Source of the DNA: Euprymna scolopes
Lineage: Eukaryota
Assembly: GCA_053919585.1 (NCBI GenBank)
Contig: CM132786.1
DNA length: 63,826 nt
Direction: 5' to 3' (one strand)
The position numbers and the translations under genes were made by a program. The notes below the pieces were generated by a model, which did not search any database, was not told where the DNA came from, and saw only the letters and a program-made list of their open reading frames with translations. Shown one piece after another: positions 26,050 to 39,302 of this stretch. The first letter of the stretch is position 1. Each line of letters opens with the position of its first letter.

Positions 26050-26839
26050 CGCTCTAATCCCTATCTGGCATCTATTGAAATAGAGGGGTCTCGTCTAGGG
26101 AAGCTCCATGTTTTGACAAGCTCCTGGGTTCGACCTTTACTCCTAATCTGAAATGAAACACGTACATCAGGTCTGTTACCAAGGTCGCTGGGAAACTAGT
26201 GGAATCCTTTTACCGCCCCAGGAGATATCTCACTGCTGATGCAATTCTCTATCTATTTATATAGCATAGTACGTCCAAGGATGGAATATTGCTGCCAACG
26301 CTTGGCATGAGCTGCTAAAAACAGCCTATACTTCCTTGACAGAGTACAAAATAGACTTCATGGCTCAATGTGTGATGCCCTTTTCTATTCCCTGCAACCT
26401 CTCTCCCACAGAAGAGACGTTGCGAGCCTATCTTTGTTTTATCGTGATTTCAATGGCTAGTGCTCGTCAGAGCTCAAATCTCGGGTCCCCCTCTCGCCAA
26501 TCTTTCATGATAAACACCCGTCTAGCGGAAACCACTGTAAATAATTTTCCCCGCTCCTTATATGTGCCTAAATCGAAACGTAGATTCCATGAAAAAGTGT
26601 CTTTCTTAGAAGTGCACGCCTCTGGAACTCTCTACATCTTGCCTATTTTCCACTTGACTTACACTTGGATATTTTCAAGTCCAACATAAACAAATTACTG
26701 ATAAACTGCCCCCTTAAGTAATGCCACTTTATCAAATCTCCAATACTAACGAATACTACAACACTACCCCATTGATTACTGTCACTCTTATCCCCGAGTG
26801 GCTTCTGGCTTGATAAGTTGTGACCTCCATGTAAAAAAA
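26050..26839 (+). mobile_element. 5'-truncated CR1-group LINE 3' end
   Basis: IYLYSIVRPRMEYCC, LDRVQNR, HRRDVASL motifs; A-tail at ~26833. Confidence 0.8.
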
Positions 26840-27243
26840 TGTATCTAACCCAACCCTAACGCTAACCCGTTATTTTAACCTGAGACCCCGCGGTTGAAAT
26901 TATGTTTTCAATAATTTCTGTTTATAAAAAAAGTAGCCTTCATATATTCCTATTAGCTAAAAACAAGCAGTGCGTTCGTTAAAACTTAAGGACACTCGGC
27001 TGACGTTTTCCGATATTTTCCCTCAGATTTCAAGCAAAGCCGAGCTAACATGTGGGCTTGTTAATGCAGGACGCCTGACTTATGAAACAGACTGCCCATT
27101 TTTTTACAAACAGAATGCCAGTTAATTGTTCCAAAGGGCAGGCTCATGGCGTCGACATATAAATTGTAAAGAACGGAAGACGTATTTTACGATATTCGTA
27201 TCTTGTATGGAAACTGATTGTTTCAGAAAACAGTTCAAATGTT

Positions 27244-27590
27244 ATTTTTTACAAGGTAGTAACCACTTATCAAGGGTCGGAAGCCACTCGGGATTAGCGT
27301 TATTTCCTGTACAGTAATCAATAGGATAGTATCATAGTAATCGTTAGTATTGGAGATTTGATAAACTGTCTTACTTAAGGGGGCGGTTCATCAGTTATTT
27401 GTTTATGTTGGACATGAAGACATCCAGGTTGTAGTCAGGTGGGAAACAGACAATTGGAAGAGAGTTCCATAGGCGAGCACTTCTAAGCAAGAAGCTTTGC
27501 TCATGGAATGTACGTTTTGGTTTTGTCACAGATAAAGAGTGGGGCTAATTTTTGAGAGTGGCTTCAGCAAGACGGCTGTTTTGGAAACGT
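27244..27590 (-). mobile_element. LINE 3' end of the same family, inverted relative to 26050-26839
   Basis: reverse complement matches 26510-26839 including CCCGAGTGGCTTC and the tail. Confidence 0.75.
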
Positions 27591-28447
27591 TTATGTTAGA
27601 GTAAACATTCAGAGAGCCTCTGATAATGGGTTTCCTTGACGGAGTGTTCTAAGCAATTAAACTTGCTCACGAAATTTGCGTTTAGTGTGACATATACGGA
27701 GAGAACAGGGGATTTATCGAGAGTTGTTTATGGTAAATGTTTTACACGTAGGAAGCGTGATATGTAACTTAGTTGCTATGAAGTTTTTTTTTTAAATTCT
27801 CTTCTAGAGAAAGTGGCTGTATTATTGATAGAAAAGCATCCCTTACGATTTTCATCTCAGCTGATATTTTACGCAAATTTTGAGGATTTAAATGAAACAG
27901 CTATTATAATTATTTTTTGTAGATATTTTTATGTGGTTACCTCATGATTATGAGTGTGTTTTAATTATAAAACTTCTAGCAAATATTATTGTTATGAAGA
28001 GAGAACCATAAAGATCATGTGAACTCTTTTAACACTATCAATATAACGAGAGATACCACTCTAGAAAGCAATGTGTAGTAAGCGCTATTAGTATGGAATA
28101 CATTCTGCGTTCAGTGTATTTGTAATAAAGTCATATTTTATTTCTTATAGTCGGGTCTTTCTTAAAGACATTCTCTGCGAGAATAAAAAGATTTTAACTA
28201 CGTGGAAAATTTTCGGAAAAAGAAAAACACAAACTATGTTTTTATAAAGTGCTTAACTTTTCAATGTTTAAATATTTTAAGTGTTTTTCCTTCAAATACA
28301 ACTTTAATTTAAATGATAAAAATAGATAACACATTGATAGAAGACGAGACAATTATAAGTAAAATGTTATAACTTTTCTGAACATCACGGGACTCATAAT
28401 TTGAGTTAGTTATGAATTATTTATACATTGTATGAATGCTATTCTAG

Positions 28448-29027
28448 ATTGTTTTCTCGTGAACATCAATGTCTTATCCGATGATTGTTTTGAAGATTTA
28501 GAATAATCAGAAAATTACTCAATAATCTGATGATCGCGGGAGTTTTTCACCGCACGGTTTATATGTCAAAGTTGGACCTTTATGGGGTTGTTGTTGGGCA
28601 AGAACTATTGTAAAACTCATCCCAATTTTTTTTTTCAAATTTTAATTTTGCTTAATCTTCACAGATGGTTACATTCACTATAAATTTGAAGATCCTAATC
28701 AAGGGAAGATGTATCGTGGAACAGACCACTATATCAGATGAGGTATTTTAGAGAATATAATTATAGGTGGTTGAGAAGGAGCACTAACAGGAAATTTTAT
28801 TTGAAGCTTATAATATGGAAAATTTCAAGAGCAAGAGAAACGTAAACACGTTACAGCAGCTACATCTGTATGATTATAGTAAAAGATTCTGGGGAAATAT
28901 AGTGAATTTGTGTTGTCTAAATTCAAAGAAAGAAGGATGCTGTTGCAATGTATTATCAATACAGCAGAAGCACGGTGTACAGCATAATAAATTAGTAACA
29001 AAATACAGTACAGTATATAATATACAT

Positions 29028-29079
<52 letters not shown>

Positions 29080-29410
29080 AAAACATTATAAATACTACTG
29101 TAAAGTAAAGCAAATACCGTAACCAGGGGCCGTAAAACATCGTATTTTACATCGTAACATAAACAAAACATAGCTTACTACCACCGTATCTCAAGGTTCT
29201 ACTGCACTGCTATGAAATGAGTCTATAATTCGCAGCGAGATACGTAGGTAAGAAAACCCATGCAGATAAAATAACAACTACACCATTTTAGCGTGCATAT
29301 ACTGTACAACAATTTGTGAAAGATTTGGAAGACGATGTAAACATATGGATAAACTAGCCGAGCCAAATTACAATAAACATCGACGGTTATTCCATTGCCT
29401 CAACAAAAGC
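28448..29410 (+). pseudogene. probable decayed multi-kringle-domain gene
   Basis: three successive kringle-like traces: (D)CF..ENY..CQSW..GKNYC after acceptor 28447; (D)GY..GKMYRGT/TTISDEVF*R..NLCCLNSKKEGCCC after acceptor 28664; HCYE..ARYVGKKT..PF*R..NIWIN*P at 29205-29360; many stops. Confidence 0.4.
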
Positions 29411-30274
29411 TTCGAGCATTATTCCGCAAGGAAAACGCTAGTAAAGAGAATTGCAAAGAGAAATAGATTTAATATCAATAATGTTTGCCTCAGACAATTG
29501 ATTTTTCTATAAAAGGAATAGTAGAAGGATTTCTAGAATTCGACCTTTTTATGCCTTTATCTGAATTTCATTAGTAAATCATAAATATGTAATGCATATG
29601 ATTAGATCGAATAAATAATTATCTGGCAGCGTATTAATAAGGTGTATTATTGCTAATATCTTTTAAATGAACTAAAATGACAAATATAATAATTTACATT
29701 GTTAGCAATTCATGTAATTTGCTTTTTATTTCATCTAAGATATAGATAATTATTTTTTTTAAAATGAGGTCTCATTCATCTTAAAATTAATCATAAAAAT
29801 CGTGGCATTCAATTAGTGTAGAAATGTATATCTATCAATTATAGAATACAGTCAATACATTGTAACGAGGACGCTAACTGTTCTAAAATGGCATCAAATC
29901 AGCACGTCATCTCCACACAACAAAATTGATCTGCAAATTTTCTATATATTTTCTAATGGAAAGTAGAGGTAAACTGAGCATGAACATATTTAATCGCAAA
30001 TAACAAGCTGCACATTTTGTAAATAAAATATATTCCTTGTCTATATGTTTCATATATTGAATCTGATGCACACAAATATTGAGTACTTAATATTTCATTA
30101 ACAACTCGTAATAAAACGGATAAAAGAGTAATTATTAGGGCTATGACAAGAGAATATGTTTTTCACTATGCGTACTCTCGATTAAATATAAGTTAATATC
30201 ATATATGTTTTATACACAGAGTGATGTGGTTCTTGATTGATTAACTGTATCTGTCTCCGATATATACACGAGAG

Positions 30275-30870
30275 TAAAAACAAACAAAGCCGATAGCCAT
30301 TAGTCGCGTGTTTTTGTGTAATGAATGTATTCGTGAATGTAGGATTGACATGAAATTCTTACAGATAAACTAAAATAACCTAAAAATGGGATGAAATCAC
30401 TTAAATAAATAAAACGTAATTGACTTAGAATGATTTAATGAACTTTAGGACGAATTGTATGACCTTAAGAATGACTTGAATGCTAAAGAATAACTGGAAT
30501 GCTTCAAAAACAAGTTGAATGATTTGAAGAATGACTTGTAATGGCTTTGAGACTGACTGATTTTAAGTGGGTGATCATTTTACATTCAATTAATACAGAG
30601 AATTGATCCCCCACTTTATATCACGAAGTTACAAACATAAGTACATCATGTAGTAAGATCAGATACTATACGTTAGTCTTGCCCAAAAGGTCAAGAAAAG
30701 CTTAAAAAGCTAAGAACAACATCTATTAACAACATACCTTCGATCTTAACCAAAAAGGCCAAGTGTTACGGAGAGACCGACAGACCGCTCGACTAACAGA
30801 CCGACCGACCGACCGACCGACCGACCGACCGACGGAGTAACGTATAGAGTCGCTTGCACGTGACTAAAAA
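30275..30870. mobile_element. Helentron-associated non-autonomous element (DINE-1/HINE-like)
   Basis: subterminal IR AGTCGCGTG (30302) / CACGTGACT (30857); terminal hairpin AGTCGCTTGCACGTGACT plus AAAAA; (GACC)n microsatellite; internal AATGAC short tandem repeats. Confidence 0.7.
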
Positions 30871-31042
30871 TGATAAAAATATTCTCTTGCCATAGCTCTT
30901 ATAACTATTTAGTTATAAGCGCCAGTTATATTTTTTTTGTGAATATCTATAACAGAAAGTGCAAATACAATTAAAATTTAATTAAGATTTAATAATGGCA
31001 AAGCTGTCTAAACATCGAAGGCTGATATCAGAAATTAAAAAT

Positions 31043-32070
31043 GTTTTTACCTCTGATTTATTCGAGAATGGTCTATGATTTCAGTGGCGTAAGTGCGTCT
31101 GTACGTCAGTTAATCCGACGATTTCCATATAATCGTCCATTAGTTTTTCCTGAAATTTTGCCACACATTAAATTTTATTAAATAGATGTGCACAGCCACA
31201 AAAAAAACTTTTTTTTACAAAACTTCCCATTGCGTCTCCATGGGCTCAAAATGGGCAAAATTGCACGTTTTGTCCCATAACTTCATTCATCCCTTAGATT
31301 TTTTTCTGAATTTTAGCCAAAATGAAGCCAGTATGGGCGACACTGTCAAAATTCAGGTTGACATACCCAGGGGCTTTCAGTGCTAAGAATGTCCCTTTTC
31401 TGGCCCTTTTTCATGTTTCTGAAGAGACACTTGATATGTCTGACTATATAGTGGTTTTCGCAGTTGTCAACTTAAATATATGTGTTAAGGGCTTAAACTG
31501 CACCGTTATAAACCTAGATAATTTGACGTCCCCAGGGGCTAAAAAAAGGTAAAAAATGCCCCAAATGGCCGAAAGTGACACTTTTGACCCCATACTGTAT
31601 GATTACTCCATTAGATTTTCCTGAAATTATGCCAAGATGTGTAGGTCATTGTTCTTAATATAAGTTTAGTACGGGTGACTCTGGCAAAATTCTTGTTCGC
31701 ATACTTCTTGAATTTTAGGGCTACAAAAACATGCCTTTTTGGAGCTCTTTTTTCATCTTACTCATAAACTTGATATATATGTCTACATAGTGCTTGACCA
31801 TGTTGCTGACTTCAAATATACATACTATAAGACGTGAAGCTGCATTATTCTCCATTTTCACTGGGATTCGGCGTTCCCAGGAGTAACAATTGTCCCAAAA
31901 TTGCAAAAATGACACTTTTTACCCCATAAATTTTGCCCCATTGATTAGATTTTTCTGAAACCTGGCGAAAATGTGAAAGCAACGTTGCCCCTTCACACTT
32001 CTCACTATTATTTTGTGGCGTCATCTCACATGCAGGGTCAGAGGGTGACCACGCACACGCGGCATGTTTT
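31043..32070 (+). mobile_element. second Helentron/HINE-like element with internal repeats
   Basis: T-run termini, subTIR ACCTCTGA (31049) / TCAGAGGGT (32038), short 3' hairpin-like tract; TTAGATTTT(T)CTGAAA motif repeated at ~31140, 31295, 31610, 31945. Confidence 0.55.
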
Positions 32071-32574
32071 TGAAGTCTACACAGTTGATTCTAATTCGAC
32101 TTACATGTTCTTGAAAGAGCTTGGCAAACAAATCCACTGAAAATGTTATTGTTTATATCTTCAACAAAGACAACAAAAAGTGACAAATAAAATAAACATT
32201 TAAAAATGTTGAATGAGTTGAATTCGTAGTTTGCAAATATTAAATTAGTTCATTACGCTTGATATTTTGAGATGGATGGAGTTTCCTTTTCGAAATAATA
32301 TGCGAAGAAAATTGAATAATATTTTATAAGTAACAACAACCGATGTACATTGTTAACTCTGCTGTTATATATTCAACAGTGCCATATCAGTATCATATAG
32401 CGTATCATATCAGTATCAAATAGTGACAGCTAAGACAGCATACACTGAAACGATCAGAAAACGCATCGAACACAGAAATTGGGAACTCGTGATTTTTTGA
32501 AGATCTAGAAAAATGTAGTAAATAATAGGCAGTCAACGATTTCCTTACTAATAAACGATCATGAGGTTGTTTGC

Positions 32575-34270
32575 ACGGCAACTGAGAAGGCGAACCTGCT
32601 CGCAAATCGGTTTGTCCAAAACTACACATTGGACCCGGCACAACACTCCCTTTTTGACTTTCCTTTGCGGACAGACGCCACACTAGATGATTTGAAAATC
32701 ACCCCTTCACAGGTATATGGTATCATAACAAACATAAAAAACCTCAAAAGCGTGTGGACCCGACCTCATCGTGCTCTGCTATTAAAGAATGCCCCGCTGA
32801 GTTTGTTTTAGTTCTCTCCAAACTTTAAAATAAATGCCCTGACGAATCTTGCTTTCCTGACTGCTAAAAAATCTCTTCTGTGGTACCAGTTTTTAAGGAT
32901 TCTGGCGAAAGAACTGGCCAATTAAATTACTGCCCCATCAGCCTTCTCTCGCATTTAGCTATATATTTGAGTCCTTAATTAACCAATCTCTAGTCCATCA
33001 CCTTACAGCTGCAAAACATCTCACCGACTATCAATATGGATTTAGGCAAGCCCGTTCCACAGCATATATCCTAACTGTAATCTCTGAACGTATATACCGT
33101 TCACTGGACAACACATGGAAGGGTAGAGTGGTAATCCTCGATATATCTGATGCTTTTGACAGGGTATGGCACTATTGTCTTCTAAGGAAAATTAGATCAT
33201 ATGGTATCACTGGAATAATGGAATTAAATTCTCCTTTACTAAAAATCCAGGTTGTCCTCGACGGTCGTACATCTAAACAATATCACATATATGCGGGAAT
33301 ATTTCAGACCTCTATCCTCGGACACTTATTATTCCTGATATTCATAAATGACCGTCATCATGAAATTATTTCTGGGATTTGTATATTTGCTGATGACGCC
33401 ACTCTCTAAAACAGGCACGAGGGGAAAACAAATGAACACACATCTAAGGAAATTGCAGAAACACTAGAGGGTGACCTACAATCTGTAGTGAAATGCGGAC
33501 ACATTCAATATTGTCAGGACTAAGCCTGTTTCTTTCAATAACTACAAGAAACCATCACTACCACCAATAGCAATGGTGAAGAACACATTGCCCGAAGTAC
33601 TTTCTGTAAACTCCCCGGCCTAAAATTTACAGGGAACATGAACTTGAACAGAAACATTGAGATAATTTCCAAGGCTGCTTCGAAGAAGGTGGGCTCTCTA
33701 CTGTGCTGGAGAACTACTTACGCATAGAAGTATCCTATATCTATATAAAGCCATTATTCGCCCATTTATGGAAACTGTTGTCACATTTAGGTTGGTGCGC
33801 CTGCTACTAGTATCTCACTCCTGGATAGGGTTCAAAAGATTATCGCCAAACTGCTAGATCCTAAACTGAAATCTTAGCTTCAGCCTCTGACCCATCAAGG
33901 ACATGTCGCATCCCTTGCCTGTTCTACAAGTAATTTAATGATGAATGATCTGACGAACTGCCAGTTCTTGTACCCCTTAGACGTGAATATCCCCGATAAA
34001 CCCAACAAGCTGCAAAACCCTACCCCTTCACAGTAGAGATCACTAGGTGTAAGAAAGTTTTCTAATCCAATAGTTTCTTCCCCAGAACTGCAAGACTTTT
34101 GAACTCCTTTCCGAGATTCTGCTTTCCAAACTGAACTGATATGCAGAAGTTCAAGTGTAATGTGAACATCTCCCTTCATAACACCACTGCAATTATGCCC
34201 CTGATAGTAGCCCCCTACTTAAAATGTGCATTGTGCCTTGTTTGTGGTGAAATTTGAATTTAAAAAAACA
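32575..34270 (+). mobile_element. 5'-truncated decayed CR1-group LINE (RT and 3' end)
   Basis: LDISDAFDRVWH, GIFQTSILGHLLFLIFIND, FADD motifs; same family as 1605-5370; A-tail at ~34262. Confidence 0.9.
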
Positions 34271-34540
34271 TTCCCTTCGACTTACTATCTGATTTAGTGT
34301 AATGTTATTATAGTTGATCATAGCCATTAGGTTATTTCTGGTTTGAAGTATAGTATTGTACTTCGTATGTCAGTTTAAATATCATGAGCTGTCATTACCT
34401 TCTACTTTTACGGTCAGTATAAAATATGTTCGTTTATCACGATCTCATTGTCTTAGTCAAGCCAAAATAAGTGACCAATGAGACCATATTTATAGTCATA
34501 GGCGATTATGTGTATGTCTGTGTATGTGTGAATGTGCGTC

Positions 34541-34582
<42 letters not shown>

Positions 34583-34900
34583 GGTGTGTGGGTGTGTTTG
34601 TACGTGGATGTGTGAGTATGGTTATCATTCGTTTTCAATCACTGAGCCTTAGAACACATAAAGCCACAAGCATGCGGAAACCTAAATATTCTTTCTAATT
34701 CTTTTCTGTTTAAAGCTGGATTATTAAACGGATATTTCCATATACCTAGTAATGGTTAGCAACATATTCATTGCAATTAAGCCACAGAAATATATACGTA
34801 TTTCGTCTCCGGATAAAATTGTCGGATTAAGTGCTTTGGCTTGGCTATTTCCTTCCAGAGGGAATACAAACGTATCTATGCTACTTAATTTTTATAATTA

Positions 34901-35540
34901 TACTAGAATACCCGTGACCCGTTGGGTCAGTATGTTATATTATCTATGGGATTCATGTATGAGCGTGACACTTGTGACGTAAGGAAAATGTTTTTTTTTG
35001 ACATAGCAGAAACATTTCTATGAAAGTATATTAAAATGAAAACAGAATATAAATAGATTTCTATGAGTCGTTCTGTTTATTATAATTGATTTTTTTTTTA
35101 AATTACAGTTACTGAATTATAAATGATTGACCATACTTATAGGTGAATGTGCACTAAACAGATACCATAATAATTATTATAGTAAAATTCAAATTTTGAT
35201 ATATCTGTTTTTTTTACATCGTTCATTTCTGTATTACGTTTAAGTTATTTTAAACCCAACTCTTCCCATGTTTAATAATAATTTCGAAATAATAAAGTTA
35301 ATATTTCAGTGCGCATGTTATGTGCGCATGCGCAACCGGATGTCGTTTACCTGAAGGTGGGTTGCATACATCGTTACAAGGTTATTTGAGTTTTATAATT
35401 ATAAATATTTCTTACTTTCCGAATCAAAATAATTACGCATTCAGTATTGTTTATTTAAACGCTCTAAATAAATTTATACAGTATAACATATTCGCCTAAT
35501 GTTCATACGCGTATATATTAATTAAAAACACGTCAATTAA
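34901..35540 (-). mobile_element. possible non-autonomous Helitron
   Basis: TACTAG plus hairpin TGACCC-GTT-GGGTCA at 34901-34929; other end uncertain. Confidence 0.35.
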
Positions 35541-35558
35541 TCAATACACACATATATA

Positions 35559-35860
35559 TATGTTTAAAGAAAAAAATAGAAAAAAACCGAATGAAATTAT
35601 TAAAAAATCAACGTTTCGTCCTTGTTTCCGAGGACATCTTCAGGATAATTGAAATAAAAATGTGATAAAAGAAAAAGTCATAGATCGTGCGAAAAACATG
35701 GGTTGGATTTTAAAAAACTGTCTTTTTTCGCACGATCTATGACTTTTTTCTTTTATCACATTTTTATTTCAATTATCCTGAAGATGTCCTCGGAAACAAG
35801 GACGAAACGTTTATTTTTTAATTATTTCATTCGGTTTTTTCTATTTTTTCTTTAAACATA
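35559..35860. repeat. near-perfect palindrome (arms ~138 bp, loop ~27 bp) with a hammerhead motif in each arm
   Basis: 35559-35696 is the reverse complement of ~35724-35860; CTGAAGA-T-GTCCT-CGGAAACA-AGGAC-GAAA-CGTT at 35778-35811 (+) and mirror copy at ~35608-35643 (-). Confidence 0.9.
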
Positions 35861-36575
35861 ACATCAACCACCGCTGGTATATTTTNNNNNNNNNNNNNNN
35901 NNNNNNNNNNNNNNNNNNNNNNNNNNNNNNNNNNNNNNNNNNNNNNNNNNNNNNNNNNNNNNNNNNNNNNNNNNNNNNNNNNNNNNNNNNNNNNNNNNNN
36001 NNNNNNNNNNNNNNNNNNNNNNNNNNNNNNNNNNNNNNNNNNNNNNNAAAATACGGAGGAAAAGTATCTAATACTTTAGTAGAACTAAATATGTTTTTAG
36101 GATTTCAACCTGGGGGATTTTGCTAAAATCATCACTAGTTGTTTCAATCGACAGGACAATAGAATTATCCTACTAGCTCTCATCAGGAAATGCAAGGCAA
36201 ACCGTGATAAGATCGGTAGGGTAATTTTATTGTCCTGTTTGTTGAAACAACTTTTAATGATTAAAGCAAAATCTCCGAAGTTAATCCCCACTTTATATAA
36301 ATAATGATCCTGTTCTTTATATTTTTAATTCAATATGTATTACTATTTTTATCATATATTCCGCATGTCATAAACTGATATATCTTTATAAGTTGTCTTA
36401 TCCCCACTNNNNNNNNNNNNNNNNNNNNNNNNNNNNNNNNNNNNNNNNNNNNNNNNNNNNNNNNNNNNNNNNNNNNNNNNNNNNNNNNNNNNNNNNNNNN
36501 NNNNNNNNNNNNNNNNNNNNNNNNNNNNNNNNNNNNNNNNNNNNNNNNNNNNNNNNNNNNNNNCTCTATTCTATT

Positions 36576-37252
36576 CTATCTATCTATATAAATAAAATGA
36601 ACTCATTTTTCCCGTCTGATTTTGACATTAATAGGATTAAAAATCAAGATATTTCATGCAAATATAATATGCACAAACGGCAGAACAATATCTGAGGTGT
36701 GTTATAGGCTTATTATTTCTCAAATTCCTCGATAGTCTTAGATTTCTATACTTTTTCTGCTGACAAGTCACGGCCAAAATCGGTAAAGATCAATGGAAGT
36801 GGTAAAATATTTTCTCTCTAATAAATTCCTCCTCCCCCTGCCACCACTTAACACCGTTTGGGGATCGTTCACAAGGAATAGTTGAGAAGAGATCACCGGT
36901 TTGGCTTCGTAGTTCTTTCATGTGAAGTTATTTAAAATCACGAAACTAAGCTGCAGTACTCTGTGGCCTAGTGGTTAGCGTGATGGACAATTCACATTAT
37001 ATTTTCACGTTCGCGCCGACCTACCGTAGTCGTTTTTTTTTGTTTTTTTTTCCTAAACAACTGGAATGGACTTTTCTTGGTGGCCGAACTGTTAACGTTG
37101 CAGATGTTTTTTGTTTTTTTTTTCACACTTTATTTTCCTACTTTTACTCATGACTCCGGGTTTGATCCTTCCTACTTACCTACCATAACATTTTTTAAAA
37201 CTCCCCCCCGTCCCGGAAACAAACACTCGGGCAACGCCGGGTACCCCCGCTA

Positions 37253-37253
<1 letters not shown>
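36576..37253 (+). mobile_element. complete non-autonomous Helitron
   Basis: 5' TCTATCTATATAAATAAAATG; 3' hairpin CGGGCAACGCCGGG then CTAG followed by T; internal tRNA-like A box GTGGCCTAGTGGTTAGCG. Confidence 0.75.
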
Positions 37254-37307
<54 letters not shown>

Positions 37308-37665
37308 ATTACGTTATTTCCTTTATTATGTAAACAAAAAGGAGTATGCATATTGAATGCCTTAGTAAAACACAATAACTTATAAAACTTTATATAGTTT
37401 ACTAAGCAAACGACGAGACAATCGCTTGGAGTCTAAACAGAACTACTACATATTGTTCTGTATCAAGTCATTTTTAAGTAGAGATAAATCAGATAGCATA
37501 TTCTTTTATCATCTTTTAATGAGACCCTGTATTGTAGTAATCGTTATTTGCAATCGAACAGTATCTTGGGGGATTAACGTTAAACTACATGGAAAGGAAT
37601 CTTGCTCTTTTTTTTGTGATATCTTCCAAGAGAAAACAGTGTTCGTTTTGTGGGTAGGTATTAGG

Positions 37666-37725
<60 letters not shown>

Positions 37726-37856
37726 CTCTCGAAACTCGTGAAGATACATATCCGACAACCAAATTGTTTAATATTCGCTTTCCAATATTAACTAAATTAA
37801 AATTAATCAGCATAGTTTTTTGTGTACATGTCTCACTCTTGATCATAGTATTGCTA

Positions 37857-37932
37857 TAAGGTTGGTGCAAAATAATATCGTTTTTACATGAAGTTGAACG
37901 TCAAGAACAACATTATTTTTGCAACAACCTAA
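37857..37932. mobile_element. MADE1-like mariner MITE (76 bp)
   Basis: TAAGGTTGGTGCAAAATAAT...ATTATTTTTGCAACAACCTAA, flanked by TA; essentially two mariner TIRs. Confidence 0.8.
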
Positions 37933-39233
37933 TAATTCTGTAAGTGTTTCCTACAATATAATAATGTTCATGTCTAACATAATGAAAACGTGTTGAATCG
38001 CATTCAAACTTAATAAAATTCTACACAAAGACGCCTGCCATTACAATTATTTACTGTGTTCCTCACTCTCAAGATGAAGCAGACAGTTTAGCTTATCCTC
38101 CGATGGCTTTAGAATTTGATTAATGATAAAAAATTAATAAGAAGTTAAGGCACTATTAAAAAAACTTGGGCGTACGTGTTTACATAGTTTTTCTTTTGTA
38201 AAATATATTCCCAACCATAGTTTGTACTTTTTATATGCAAATATTTAATCTATTCATGATATCAGTCGAAAATGAGTCTATCCAAAGACTACGCTCAGAC
38301 AAAAGTCATTCGCGCGACCTATTATTTCTATACTATCAAGTAGGTTGGAATGTCCACTTTACACGACTGGCGTCAAGCGCACCAATTACAAACACAGAAA
38401 CAAGACACAAATAAAAAAGAATTCAATTAACTTCAAGAGGGAAATAAATGTGTCCAACCCAACATTTAACCTTCCAGAGTGTATTTCATAGAAAGTTGAC
38501 AGTACTGCCCACACCAGCTACTTGTCGGCTTTTTTGTTTTGTTTGGGGATTGGCGTTTCGCTGACTCTTGCCCTTTGTATACTGACAAGATTTGCTTTAG
38601 ACGAAAGCAAGTATGTCATGTTTGTTTGCACTGCTAGAGAACAAGAGATATTTGGGCTGGAATGGGTCACCAAAGTAAAGTTTAAACCCCCTCTTCCTGT
38701 CATTTATTTAAGTTTCAATGAATTATTACCTCCATACAAACACAGTCTACATACTATACGACGTCTCCATCAAAGAAAGATGAGATAATCGTAAAAGATA
38801 AAACAAACTTTTAAAGAATTAACTTGGTTGAACAGACTGCTTTCGTAAATTCAAATTAATTTATATAGATTTAATATCTCGTGTACTTAAGAGGATGTAA
38901 AACAAATGCTAAAATGCTGACTTTAAGAGTATACCTCGGAAATATTCGGCATAATTTGTATGGAAATATATTTAGAAATGTTTCACAAAAAATCGTAGTC
39001 GACGGGCGATAACATAAATAGCTAAGATATTTTAAAGCGGTGGAAATTGGACTAATACAAATTTTGCATACACTTAAGAAATCTATATGTAAGAATTACA
39101 TTAAAATAAATACAACTCAGGAAGCTATAATAATGCACTGTTTTGTTACCAAATTACCAATAACTTTTAAAGCTTAAAGAAAAAACGCATTATATTTCCA
39201 AGTTGAAAATGCATAGATTGTTTTTTGTTAACG

Positions 39234-39298
<65 letters not shown>

Positions 39299-39302
39299 CG
39301 TG

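Noticed and set aside
26843-26870. Telomeric repeat (CCCTAA-like)
   Set aside because: Only three or four imperfect units following a LINE tail
34440-34500. Hammerhead-like CCAATGA-GAC..GTC
   Set aside because: Core too degenerate and no GAAA box
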